Assembly: GCA_045648045.1 (NCBI GenBank)
Contig: JAZRNE010000037.1
Span: 4,721 to 68,720 of the forward strand
Direction: 5' to 3'
Length of the DNA stretch: 64,000 nt
Origin: Christensenellaceae bacterium
GTDB taxonomy: Bacteria; Bacillota; Clostridia; Christensenellales; Borkfalkiaceae
Shown here: piece by piece, positions 46,743 to 56,192 of the stretch
Layout of the letters: every line of letters starts with the position of its first letter
How positions within the stretch are numbered: position 1 is the first letter of the stretch
The notes under the pieces: model-generated
What the model was told of the DNA's origin: nothing
Seen by the model: only the letters and a program-made list of their open reading frames with translations
The model's database searches: none
Made by a program: the position numbers and the translations under genes

Positions 46743-47576
46743 ATGAATAAAAAAGAAGTGGATTTATATAAATATTTCGGCGTTGCTAAACAAGACGGAG
46801 CAAGGGGATATTTAACTTGCTATACTCTTGACGATTACCCGTTTTGCGAAGGTAGAATTCGCCCTGCAATGTTAGTTGTAGGCGGTGGCGGTTACGCTTT
46901 CGTTTCGGAACGAGAACAAGAACCGATTGCGCTACAATATTCAGCAAAAGGTTTTCAAACGTTTATTCTTGAATATTCGGTTGCACCGCTTTGCTATCCC
47001 ACGCAATTAATCGAAGCGTGTATGGCGGTTGCGTATATTAGGGAAAATGCAAAAGATTTATCCGTAGATAAAGAACATATTTGCGCAATAGGTTTTTCGG
47101 CAGGCGGGCATCTTTGTGGAACGCTTGCTACCCTATACGATAGTAAAGACGTGCTTTCGGCGTTTGGCGAACGAAAAGTTGATTGTAGACCTGACGCAGT
47201 TATTCTTTCTTATCCCGTGCTTTCCGCTTACGGAAAAATTCATCAAGGAAGTATTGAAAAAGTTACGGGTGGCAATGAAGAAATAAGAAAAATTATGGAC
47301 GTTCCTTCTATGGTTAATGAAAACACTCCGCCCGCGTTTATTTGGGCAACTTCAACCGACGCCGGCGTGCCGGTCGAAAGTTCGCTATTGATGGCGCTAG
47401 CATATAGAAAATTTGACATTCCCGTAGAATTGCACGTTTTTGAAAACGGTATTCACGGATTGTCTACTGCAACAAAAGAAGTAAACACAAATCATCCGCC
47501 CGTACAATCGTGGATTAACCTTTCGGTTGCTTGGTTGGAAAATAAAGGGTTCGTTATTAAAAATAAAGGGGAATAA
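46743..47576 (+). CDS. Alpha/beta hydrolase (esterase/lipase type)
   Basis: VVGGGGY oxyanion region, nucleophile elbow GFSAGGH and a C-terminal His (GIHG). Confidence 0.8.
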   Translation: MNKKEVDLYKYFGVAKQDGARGYLTCYTLDDYPFCEGRIRPAMLVVGGGGYAFVSEREQEPIALQYSAKGFQTFILEYSVAPLCYPTQLIEACMAVAYIRENAKDLSVDKEHICAIGFSAGGHLCGTLATLYDSKDVLSAFGERKVDCRPDAVILSYPVLSAYGKIHQGSIEKVTGGNEEIRKIMDVPSMVNENTPPAFIWATSTDAGVPVESSLLMALAYRKFDIPVELHVFENGIHGLSTATKEVNTNHPPVQSWINLSVAWLENKGFVIKNKGE

Positions 47577-48374
47577 ATGGCTAAAAAAAGAAAAACTTTG
47601 GGCTTTGCCTTGGGCGCAGGCGGAAGTCGTGGCGTTGCACATATAGGCTTTATAAAGGCGATGGAAGAAGCGGGTATTAAAGCGGATTTCGTTGCCGGCA
47701 CGTCAATGGGTTCAGTTGTTGGAGCGTGTTATGCTGCGGGCTATTCTGCCGATTTTATGAAGCAAGAAATTGACAAGTTGAAGATGTCTGATATATTCGA
47801 CTTGTCTTTTAATCCGCTTTTTGACGGCGCTATATTAAAGGCAAATAAAATGCGCAGTAAAATTGCAACCTATTTTGAAAAATGCCCAACGTTTGAACAA
47901 CTTCAAATTCCTTTTTCTTGCGTAGCCGTTGATTTGAACGTGGGTGAACTGAAAGTTTTTAGCGGTAAGGACGACGTTGCCGAAGGCGTTGCCGCAAGTT
48001 CTACTATACCGGGGATTTTTAAGCCGTACAAAAAAGATAATATGCTTTTAGTCGACGGTGGAATTAAGTGTCGAGTACCCGTTAATTTAACTAGAGAAAT
48101 GGGTGCGGACGTAGTCGTTGCGGTTGACGTTTTAGGTAGAGTAAGACCAGAAAAAAAGCGTTATAATCTAGTATCGCTTTTATTGCGCACGTTTGACGTT
48201 ATGGATGCGGAAATCGCACGGCATAAACTTAGTGACGAGCAACCTGATTTGGAATTGCATCCCGATTTGGGGGATATGGTGCAGTATAAATTCAAGGGAA
48301 TGCAAATGGCGTACGAACAAGGCTATCAAATCGGAAAAGAAAACGTTGGAAATATAAAAAATCTACTTAAATGA
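47577..48374 (+). CDS. Patatin-like phospholipase
   Basis: GGGSRG, GTSMGS (GxSxG) and DGG motifs. Confidence 0.88.
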   Translation: MAKKRKTLGFALGAGGSRGVAHIGFIKAMEEAGIKADFVAGTSMGSVVGACYAAGYSADFMKQEIDKLKMSDIFDLSFNPLFDGAILKANKMRSKIATYFEKCPTFEQLQIPFSCVAVDLNVGELKVFSGKDDVAEGVAASSTIPGIFKPYKKDNMLLVDGGIKCRVPVNLTREMGADVVVAVDVLGRVRPEKKRYNLVSLLLRTFDVMDAEIARHKLSDEQPDLELHPDLGDMVQYKFKGMQMAYEQGYQIGKENVGNIKNLLK

Positions 48375-48486
48375 GAAAATAGTGCATAAATTTTTTGTAA
48401 GCATATAAAAACTGTTGATATTTTTTAAGTTTTGTGATATCATATTCAAGCAATTAAGAAAAAAGCAAAAAATTGTTTGAATATTC

Positions 48487-48562
48487 GCTGGTGTGGCTCA
48501 GTCGGTAGAGCAGCTGATTCGTAATCAGCAGGTCGCAGGTTCGAATCCCGTCACCAGCTCCA
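48487..48562 (+). tRNA. tRNA-Thr (anticodon CGT), CCA encoded
   Basis: Cloverleaf with acceptor gctggtg/caccagc, D arm gctc..gagc, and anticodon stem gctga/tcagc with loop ttCGTaa. T loop ttcgaat, 3' tCCA. As I read it the T stem has one A:C mismatch (gcagg/cccgt). Confidence 0.85.
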
Positions 48563-48623
48563 CAAAAAGAAACGGCATCCAAAAAAGGGTGCCGTTTTCT
48601 TTTGCAAACCGATAACGGTTTGC
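48542..48623 (+). repeat. Direct repeat copy 1 (tRNA-Thr 3' end + terminator + small hairpin), 82 nt
   Basis: cgaatcccgtcaccagctccacaaaaagaaacggcatccaaaaaagggtgccgttttcttttgcaaaccgataacggtttgc. Confidence 0.85.
48569..48605 (+). terminator. Rho-independent terminator after tRNA-Thr
   Basis: gaaacggca..tgccgtttt stem followed by cttttg. Confidence 0.75.
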
Positions 48624-48700
48624 CTAACCTGCGAAGGTCGCAGTCTACTACGCTAACGCTCCGTAGGGCTAGTCCGTCAAGAAGGGATGTCAAAGTCGCC

Positions 48701-48782
48701 CGAATCCCGTCACCAGCTCCACAAAAAGAAACGGCATCCAAAAAAGGGTGCCGTTTTCTTTTGCAAACCGATAACGGTTTGC
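48701..48782 (+). repeat. Direct repeat copy 2, identical 82 nt, lacking the 5' part of the tRNA
   Basis: Same 82-nt string 159 nt downstream of copy 1. Confidence 0.85.
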
Positions 48783-48866
48783 GAATTACTGCGGCAGGTT
48801 CTGATTCCCTAGCGGGAGACCGCAACCCTTTTGTCGCAAGCGACATTTCCCCTAGTAGGGGAATTT

Positions 48867-48918
48867 CCCGTCACCAGTTCAAAACGAAACACGGTAGGTA
48901 TTTGCCTGCCGTGTTTCG
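48867..48918 (+). repeat. Third, degenerate tRNA-3'-end-like segment followed by a different hairpin
   Basis: cccgtcaccagttca followed by the hairpin cgaaacacggtagg..cctgccgtgtttcg. Confidence 0.5.
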
Positions 48919-48944
48919 TTACGTGCGGTGTGGCGCTGTTAGTT

Positions 48945-48980
48945 CAAAAAAAGGCATCCAAATGGATGCCTTTCAGTTTT
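48945..48980. terminator. Bidirectional terminator (serves the minus-strand yfcC operon)
   Basis: aaggcatcc / ggatgcctt stem flanked by A-run and T-run. Confidence 0.75.
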
Positions 48981-48987
48981 ATTTTTA

Positions 48988-50424
48988 TTATAATTTAATT
49001 GCAACTGCTAGCATTAAGAAGCCGATTGATAAAAGCATTAAGAGAAGTTGGAACAAAATAGTTTTCTTAAACCATTCGGTAAAACTTACGTCGGCAAGCC
49101 CTAAACCAACGAGTAGCGTACCGCAAGTGGGGTATAAAACGTTGGTGTAACCGTCGGCGAACAAATAGGTTAAAATGATAACCGTCGTGCTAATTCCTTC
49201 AATCGGTGCAAGCGTTAACATAGGTATAATTAAAACTGCCTTTGCAGACGCGCTTGGAATAAAGAATTCGATAATAAGCACGAACACGTACAAAATAACG
49301 ACTGCAAGATATGGTGAAATGTTACTTACTGAATTATAGAAATAATCAAATATCGTATGTATTATATTACCTTGTTGAGCAATGTAAGTAATACCGAAAG
49401 CAACCATAATAATTACGATTGACGGAAGTACGTCTTTAACACCTTTAACGAAACATAAACCAAGTTGTTTATACGAGCCTAGCAACATTCTGCCGATAAT
49501 AACCGTGCCAACGATAAACGCAACAGCCATAAACACCATTGCAAGCGACCTTAACGCGGGGATAGCGGTAGTAATAATTACCGACAAAAGGGCGATTGAG
49601 AATAAAATAACAATCATTTTAGCCTTGCGGATATCTTCGGCGTGTTCCGCATCGGTAACCATTGAAAACCCTTCAAGGTCGAATTTAGTAGTTGCTTTCT
49701 TTTCATCGTTTTTAGCAAGGAAAGTCAAGAATAAAGAAGTGATAAAATACATTATTACGAAGATAATGCATCTATACCACATACCGTCCGTAATGCTAGT
49801 GCCCGCAGCGATTGATGCAGTTCCTATTGTCAAGGGGTTAGTAATAGCCGTGGTAAACCCAACGCCCGATGCAATTAAAACGAAAGAGATTGCAGTAAAT
49901 CTTGACCAGTTGAGCGCCGTGCAAAGCATAGCGAAAACGGGGTATAAAATAAGCAACTGTTCTTGAAGCCCGAACACGGCTGACAAAATCATTATAACGC
50001 CCGTAATAACCCAAATTGCAATATAGCGTTTTGAATGAAGTTTAGTCATTATAACTCTAACGAGTGAAACGAGCCCACCACTTTCTTCAAGTACCTTAAA
50101 CGTTCCGCCAAGCACAAGTAAGAGTGCAATAATCATAATCATATTCGACTTGTTGCTACCTAGGAACAACGCTTCAAACGGAGCGGTAAGCCAACGATAG
50201 AACGGTAATCGTGAAGCATTTTCAGCATCGGTAAGCATATGCAATCCCTTATCAAGATTGATTTTTCCGTCTACAATTTCATATTGCCCTGCGGGGATTA
50301 CGTACGTAAGAATACCAACCGCAAACAAAACCACGAATAGTATTACAACGACTGTTATAAAACTTTTTAACCCGAATTTGACTTTAACGTCCATTTCTTT
50401 GTTGTTTGTTTCTGATTTACTCAT
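48988..50424 (-). CDS. YfcC/DcuC-family (C4-dicarboxylate anaerobic carrier-like) transporter
   Basis: About 12 TM, with N-terminus and VLEESGG motif typical of YfcC. ATG 7 nt after aggag, overlapping the upstream stop by 8 nt. Confidence 0.75.
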   Translation of the reverse strand: MSKSETNNKEMDVKVKFGLKSFITVVVILFVVLFAVGILTYVIPAGQYEIVDGKINLDKGLHMLTDAENASRLPFYRWLTAPFEALFLGSNKSNMIMIIALLLVLGGTFKVLEESGGLVSLVRVIMTKLHSKRYIAIWVITGVIMILSAVFGLQEQLLILYPVFAMLCTALNWSRFTAISFVLIASGVGFTTAITNPLTIGTASIAAGTSITDGMWYRCIIFVIMYFITSLFLTFLAKNDEKKATTKFDLEGFSMVTDAEHAEDIRKAKMIVILFSIALLSVIITTAIPALRSLAMVFMAVAFIVGTVIIGRMLLGSYKQLGLCFVKGVKDVLPSIVIIMVAFGITYIAQQGNIIHTIFDYFYNSVSNISPYLAVVILYVFVLIIEFFIPSASAKAVLIIPMLTLAPIEGISTTVIILTYLFADGYTNVLYPTCGTLLVGLGLADVSFTEWFKKTILFQLLLMLLSIGFLMLAVAIKL

Positions 50425-51718
50425 AAATATCTCCTTTGTCATAGTCGTAAACGTCTGCGCAAGCACAAGCCCACTTTTGGTCGTAAAGATTATGTATTTC
50501 TTCTGATGCAAGCGTCCATTTAATCAAGCAACCGTCTTGTTTTTCAGGGACTATCATAAAGTAATCGTTTTTATGATAGAACTCTAAAAATCCTTTGGTT
50601 GAAAAAGTTAGAGAATAAATTGATTTGGCATCAAATTCAAAGTCTATCGTCTGTCCGTCAAGCGTTCCGGTAAAAGTAAGCCCAAGTGGCGTTAACTTTG
50701 CCACGCCGACCGATAAAACTTTTCTATTTTCGGGTGGTTTTCTTAATTTATCTAACTTGATTGTGCATAAACTTGCGTCTAGCGACATTTCAAAGTTATT
50801 GTCTTTAATTTGTTCTTTTACAACTCGTCTTTGCCACTTATACCATTGGTCGATATCTGACGGGCAAGAATTACCTTTCAAATCAACCAAGTCGTAATAC
50901 TCGTTAACTTTAACGCTAAATCCACAAGTTTTGCATTTTATTGTGTCGTTATCAACGAATAAAGTGTGTTCTTGTTTGCAGTCAGGGCAGATATAAAGAA
51001 TTTTATCAATCCCGTCAGTGTTCGGTTTTTTGCCGATATATTTGTTTCTAGCAACCTTGTTAAAGGCGAAGTCGTTATAACTAAATTTTTCTAAAAGTAT
51101 ATCGTAAATTTGTTCAGCAGTAAGATTTTCAAGCATTTCAGGGGTGAAAACCAAACTGTAATCCACGCCGATATAACCTTTTTTGCGGTCGGAAGAATAT
51201 CTATTAGTCGTTAAATACGCACCTTTCGTCGTACATACTACGATATTCGCCTTGCTACTTTTGATAAACTGCGTGGTTGCAGGGTTTATCGGGTGAGTGC
51301 TACCGCTAGTTGATTGTATGCCTTCGGGGAAAAGCCCGATTGAGCCGTTGCGTTTAAGCACTTTAAGCATATTCTTTACACACAAGAAGTCGGGTTGATA
51401 TAGATATTTTGATATTACGCCAAGTTTAATAAATAAACCGTAAATACCTTTTTTAAGAATGTTTTGATATCCGCATATCAAGTTGACGTCTTTTCTTTTA
51501 AACCCGTAAATCGTATAAATAAATTCTAGCCTTGACGCGTGTGTAGAAAGTAAAATTGTCGGTTGATTTTTTATTGATTTAGGGTCGTAGTCGTAACTGA
51601 ATTTGACTTTATATTTTTTGTTTAGAATACCTAATCCCCAACTAAAAATAGTCATCAAGAAGGGGTTTGGCTTTTTAACGTTTCTGTTTACTAGCCTTGT
51701 TTTTAAATCTTTTTCCAT
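50417..51718 (-). CDS. PlsC/LPLAT-superfamily acyltransferase with an internal CxxC...CxxC zinc ribbon and a C-terminal extension
   Basis: THASRLEF (HX4D/E-like) and GLFPEGIQS (FPEG) acyltransferase motifs. CPDCKQ...CKTCGF. Confidence 0.6.
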   Translation of the reverse strand: MEKDLKTRLVNRNVKKPNPFLMTIFSWGLGILNKKYKVKFSYDYDPKSIKNQPTILLSTHASRLEFIYTIYGFKRKDVNLICGYQNILKKGIYGLFIKLGVISKYLYQPDFLCVKNMLKVLKRNGSIGLFPEGIQSTSGSTHPINPATTQFIKSSKANIVVCTTKGAYLTTNRYSSDRKKGYIGVDYSLVFTPEMLENLTAEQIYDILLEKFSYNDFAFNKVARNKYIGKKPNTDGIDKILYICPDCKQEHTLFVDNDTIKCKTCGFSVKVNEYYDLVDLKGNSCPSDIDQWYKWQRRVVKEQIKDNNFEMSLDASLCTIKLDKLRKPPENRKVLSVGVAKLTPLGLTFTGTLDGQTIDFEFDAKSIYSLTFSTKGFLEFYHKNDYFMIVPEKQDGCLIKWTLASEEIHNLYDQKWACACADVYDYDKGDIYE

Positions 51719-51921
51719 CGTTGAAAGAATCCCTTTAACTTTCGTAACGAGAGTATTATATCATAAATAAAATGATTTTGCAATATTGTTCTTAAAAAAG
51801 TGGTAAATAATAGGGGATAAATAATCAAAATTCAACCTTTTTTTTAACCTAAAAGCAATATTCGTTGACTATATTCACTTATTTATGTATAATAATAAAA
51901 TATTTAGTTTAAGGAATAATT

Positions 51922-53238
51922 ATGGCAAAAAGAGATTGTTATTATCACGCGGAAAGGTTGGCGGAACTAATTAAAATAAAAACCGTTTCTTCAAGCGAAC
52001 TGTACGCTGGGGAATTCGAGCGTTTTTTAGTCGTGCTTAAAGACACGTTTCCGAAAGTTTTTGAAAGGGCAACCGTTGAAAATTTCGACGGCAGTTTATT
52101 GCTTTCAATAAAAGGCAAAACGGATAAAGAGCCTATAATGTTTATGAATCATTACGACGTGGTTGAAGCGGGCGACGGTTGGAAATATCCGCCGTATTCT
52201 GCAAAAATCGTAGGCGGAAAACTTTGGGGTAGGGGAGCTATTGATACCAAAGGCGGGCTTTACTCTATGTTTGAAGCGGTTGAAGAACTTTTAGAAGACG
52301 GCTTTGAGTTTGATAGGGATATTTACCTTGAAACTTCATCAAATGAAGAAACTACTGGCGAAGGCGCAAGAAAGATAAGCAAAGCGTTAGAGAGTAGGGG
52401 ATTGAAATTTCAATACGTTTTAGACGAAGGCGGTATGATTGTTGAAGAACCCCTAGCGGGCACTTACGGTGACTTTGCAATGATAGGCGTTGGCGAAAAG
52501 GCGACGGGTATGGTAAAGTTTATTGCAAAATCATCGGGCGGACACTCTTCGACCCCCGGTAAAAATTCGCCATTAGTTAGAATTGCTAAATTTATGGTTG
52601 CCGTTGAAAATAAAAGGCTTTTCAAGGTTAAACTTTCATCAACCGTATGCGAAATGTTCCGCCGTATTTCAAAGCAAATGAAGTCGGCACTAAAAATTGT
52701 GTTAAAACATCCCGTATTGTTTTCGCCCTTATTAAAGTTTGCTATGCCAAGGTCGTCAGATACGGCAGGTGCAATGCTTAAAACTACGGTTGCGTTTACT
52801 ATGGCGAAAGCATCTGATGGGGACAACGTTATTCCTGATGAAGCGTATATAGTTGCAAACATAAGGTTTTCACACCACCAAGGTAGTAAAGAAAGTCTTG
52901 CTATATTAGATAAATTAGCAAAAAAATACGGCTTAATTATGGAAGTTGTTGATGGCGGTGAAACTTCGCCCGTGTGCAGTTATAAGAGTGACGAGTTCAA
53001 GATTGTTGAAAACGCCGTTAAAGAAATTTTCCCCACGGCACTCGTGTCGCCTTACGTTATGACGGGTGCAAGCGATTGTCGTTTTATGGGCAATTTAAGC
53101 GAAAACTGTTTGCGTTTTTCGCCCTTTAAGGTTACCAACGAACAACTTGCAAACATTCACGGTAAAGATGAAAACGTCGACGTAGCGTCGCTTACAAGCG
53201 CCGTAGCGTTCTATAAAAAACTAATGATGGAGGCGTAA
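51922..53238 (+). CDS. M20/M25/M40-family metallopeptidase / amidohydrolase
   Basis: MNHYDVV, GRGAIDTKG, NEETTGEG, LDEGG motifs. Confidence 0.85.
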   Translation: MAKRDCYYHAERLAELIKIKTVSSSELYAGEFERFLVVLKDTFPKVFERATVENFDGSLLLSIKGKTDKEPIMFMNHYDVVEAGDGWKYPPYSAKIVGGKLWGRGAIDTKGGLYSMFEAVEELLEDGFEFDRDIYLETSSNEETTGEGARKISKALESRGLKFQYVLDEGGMIVEEPLAGTYGDFAMIGVGEKATGMVKFIAKSSGGHSSTPGKNSPLVRIAKFMVAVENKRLFKVKLSSTVCEMFRRISKQMKSALKIVLKHPVLFSPLLKFAMPRSSDTAGAMLKTTVAFTMAKASDGDNVIPDEAYIVANIRFSHHQGSKESLAILDKLAKKYGLIMEVVDGGETSPVCSYKSDEFKIVENAVKEIFPTALVSPYVMTGASDCRFMGNLSENCLRFSPFKVTNEQLANIHGKDENVDVASLTSAVAFYKKLMMEA

Positions 53239-53240
53239 TC

Positions 53241-54629
53241 GTGCAACGACAAAAGAATAAAGGGCTTAGCATTAGCGTAAAATCGTTCGTTACTGCGCTA
53301 GCGGTGATTTTCGGGCTAATGGTGTTGTCTTATATATTGACTTTTATAATCCCAGGTGGCGAATACGGCACGCTAGACGATGGTAAAACTATCAATCCCG
53401 AAGTTTTCAACTCGGTTAAAGGTGGCTTGCCGTTCTGGAAATGGCTTTTATCGCCGTTTTTGGTATTATTTGCTGACGGCGGATTTACCATAATTGCAAT
53501 CGTTGCATTCTTGCTCGTTATCGGTGGGGTATTCACTTGCCTTGATAGTTCGGGGCTTATGAAATATATGCTCGATAAAATCGTAAACAAGTTTGGCAAA
53601 TCGCGCTATAAACTTTTAGCGGTGGTAATGTTGTTCTTTATGCTTATGGGCGCAATGGTCGGCTCGTTTGAAGAGTGCGTTCCGCTCGTTCCGATAGTAG
53701 TTGCTCTTGCGGTTAGACTTGGTTGGAATAAAATCACGGGTATTGCAGCAAGTTTGCTTGCCGTTGGTTGTGGTTTTGCGTCGGGTATATGTAATCCGTT
53801 TACTGTTGGCGTTGCACAACAACTTGCAGGTTTGCCTATGTTTTCAGGCGTGTGGTTAAGATTAGTTTCGTTTGTAGTTATTTACGGGTTATTATTTGCT
53901 TTCGTTATGCTTTATGCAAAAAAGGTTGAACGCCCGATTGAAAGTTCTAAAACCGAAGAATTTGTTTCTACCGCTCGCCAAGATAAGGCGCTTATCAGTT
54001 TCGTTGCAATCGTTGGCGTGGGGATTGCGCTCGTATTAAGTTCGGCGTTTATAACCTTTTTGCAAGATTTTAGTATGATAATCGTTGCCGTTATGTTTTT
54101 GGTGGCTGGTATCGTTTCACTTGCAGTTTACGGTATGAGTAAAGGTGAATTTTGTAAAATTTTCGGTAAAGGCGCACTCGGCATTTTACCTGCGGTTGCT
54201 ATGATATTGATGGCGTCATCAATCAGATATACTCTTGACGAAGCAAAAATTTTAGACACGATTTTGCACGGTGCAATCGGCGTTGCGGATATTTTGCCAA
54301 AATGGGTAGTTATTCTCTTTATATATCTTATCGTTTTGGTAATGAATTTCTTCGTTGCGTCGGGTTCGGCAAAGGCGTTTATGCTTATTCCGATAATCGT
54401 TCCGCTTGCGCAGGTGTTTGGAATTTCAGCGCAACTGTGCGTTTTGGCGTTTGCGTTTGGCGACGGGTTTTCAAACGTGTTCTATCCCACGAACGCAGCG
54501 TTGCTTATCAGTTTAGGGCTAGTTGACGTAAGTTATACTGAATGGGTTAAATGGAGTTGGAAGTTCCAACTTGCTAATCTTTTGTTGACAAGTGGGTTGT
54601 TGTTATTAGGGCTTGCAGTTGGTTATTAA
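53241..54629 (+). CDS. YfcC/DcuC-family transporter (second paralogue)
   Basis: Paralogous to 48988..50424 (IPGGEY.., L..SG, FGDGFSNVFYPT). GTG start 2 nt after the M20 stop. Confidence 0.75.
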   Translation: MQRQKNKGLSISVKSFVTALAVIFGLMVLSYILTFIIPGGEYGTLDDGKTINPEVFNSVKGGLPFWKWLLSPFLVLFADGGFTIIAIVAFLLVIGGVFTCLDSSGLMKYMLDKIVNKFGKSRYKLLAVVMLFFMLMGAMVGSFEECVPLVPIVVALAVRLGWNKITGIAASLLAVGCGFASGICNPFTVGVAQQLAGLPMFSGVWLRLVSFVVIYGLLFAFVMLYAKKVERPIESSKTEEFVSTARQDKALISFVAIVGVGIALVLSSAFITFLQDFSMIIVAVMFLVAGIVSLAVYGMSKGEFCKIFGKGALGILPAVAMILMASSIRYTLDEAKILDTILHGAIGVADILPKWVVILFIYLIVLVMNFFVASGSAKAFMLIPIIVPLAQVFGISAQLCVLAFAFGDGFSNVFYPTNAALLISLGLVDVSYTEWVKWSWKFQLANLLLTSGLLLLGLAVGY

Positions 54630-54705
54630 TAAATTTTTGCATATCTATTGACGGCAAAAAAAATTATTGATATAATTACATTATTCAAAAAGTTGAGGTG
54701 TTTGA

Positions 54706-56127
54706 ATGAAAACGACTAAGGACATTATTAATTTAATTAAAGAAAACGGCATCAAAATGGTTGATTTTAAGATGGTTGACATTAACGGGCAATACCGCCA
54801 CGTAACCATACCTGCGGAAAATTTTTCCGAAGACACGATGAAGAGCGGTATCGGTTTTGATGCGTCTAACTACGGCTACGCTGTTGTTGAAAAGAGCGAT
54901 ATGGTGTTTATACCCGACCCTGATACGGCGGTTATCGACCCGTTTTGTTCAATTCCAACTCTTTCTATGAGCGGTAACGCAATGATTATTGATTATCCTA
55001 ACAACCGTCCGCTACCGCAATATCCTAGAAATATCGTTCGCGCGGCAGTAGATTATATGAAAGAAACGGGCGTTGCTGACGAAATGCTTATCTTACCCGA
55101 ATTTGAATTTTATCTCTTTGATAACGTTGGTTGGGAAGTTAGCGGTAAAAATATTAGCGCACAAGTAGACGCTAAACAATCTTACTGGAACAGCGCAACC
55201 GAAGGTTTAGGCGTAGTAGTTCCCAAGCAAAAGAATTATCATATAGCAAAACCGTTTGATATTTCTTACGAATGCCGTAGCGAAATGTGTACGTATATGA
55301 AAGACGCGGGTATTGAAATTAATTACCATCACCCCGAAGTTGCCGCAAGTGGTCAGTTTGAAATTGAACCGCAATTAGGCGAAATAGTGCACATGGCTGA
55401 CGCTACTATGATGATTAAATATATTATCCACAACACGGCGTTAAAGTACAATAAAACTGCAACCTTTATGCCCAAGCCTATTTACGGTGAAGCAGGTAGC
55501 GGTATGCACGTTCATATGTTACTTAAAAAGGACGGCAAACCCGTCTTCTCTGACGATAACGGCTATGCGCATTTGAGCGAAACGGCACACTACTTTATGG
55601 GTGGTTTATTAAAACATATCGCATCGCTTTGTGCACTTACAAACCCAAGTACTAATTCGTTTAAGCGTTTAGTTCCCGGTTTTGAAGCGCCCGTTACGGT
55701 TGGTTATGCAACTTCTAACCGTAGTGCGGTTATAAGAATTCCCGCTTACGCAAAGAGTCCGGACAAGCGTCGTTTCGAACTTAGAAATCCCGACGCAACT
55801 TGCAACCCGTATTTCTGCTACGCAGCAATCTTGATGGCAGGGCTTGACGGTATTAAAAATAAAATAGACCCCAAGGAAAACGGTTGGGGCCCGTACGATA
55901 TGAACCTTTATCATTTAAGCGATGAAGAAAAGGCAAAATTGCATCATTTGCCAACTTCTTTGGATCAAGCGCTCGACGCGTTGGAAAAAGATTACGAATA
56001 TCTTACCGCAGGTGGAGTATTCCCCGAAGAATTGCTTAAAAACATTATCAAAACCAAGCGCGCGGAATGTAGTGAACTTTCAAAAATACCGCACCCCGCT
56101 GAATTTGATAAATACTATAATTTATAA
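54706..56127 (+). CDS. glnA: Type I glutamine synthetase
   Basis: FD.SN beta-grasp region, HHPEVA..GQ.EI, GSGMH.H and NPY motifs. Confidence 0.93.
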   Translation: MKTTKDIINLIKENGIKMVDFKMVDINGQYRHVTIPAENFSEDTMKSGIGFDASNYGYAVVEKSDMVFIPDPDTAVIDPFCSIPTLSMSGNAMIIDYPNNRPLPQYPRNIVRAAVDYMKETGVADEMLILPEFEFYLFDNVGWEVSGKNISAQVDAKQSYWNSATEGLGVVVPKQKNYHIAKPFDISYECRSEMCTYMKDAGIEINYHHPEVAASGQFEIEPQLGEIVHMADATMMIKYIIHNTALKYNKTATFMPKPIYGEAGSGMHVHMLLKKDGKPVFSDDNGYAHLSETAHYFMGGLLKHIASLCALTNPSTNSFKRLVPGFEAPVTVGYATSNRSAVIRIPAYAKSPDKRRFELRNPDATCNPYFCYAAILMAGLDGIKNKIDPKENGWGPYDMNLYHLSDEEKAKLHHLPTSLDQALDALEKDYEYLTAGGVFPEELLKNIIKTKRAECSELSKIPHPAEFDKYYNL

Positions 56128-56144
56128 TAGTTTAAAACAAAAGA

Positions 56145-56176
56145 AAACCGCCACGCAATTTTGCGTGGCGGTTTAA
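56145..56176. terminator. Bidirectional terminator between glnA and the lipid kinase gene
   Basis: aaaccgccacgca / tgcgtggcggttt stem. Confidence 0.85.
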
Positions 56177-56192
56177 TATTACATTTAACTAA

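Noticed and set aside
48487-48980. An integrated mobile element or genomic island at tRNA-Thr
   Set aside because: Only short att-like duplications are present. No integrase, excisionase or cargo genes lie within several kb on either side, so I report scars rather than a current element.
48454-49150. Track ORFs 48454..48846 (-) and 48602..49150 (+)
   Set aside because: They run through the tRNA-Thr gene, terminator hairpins and the 82-nt direct repeats. Their length reflects repeated, stop-free non-coding sequence. They have no SD and no recognisable family.
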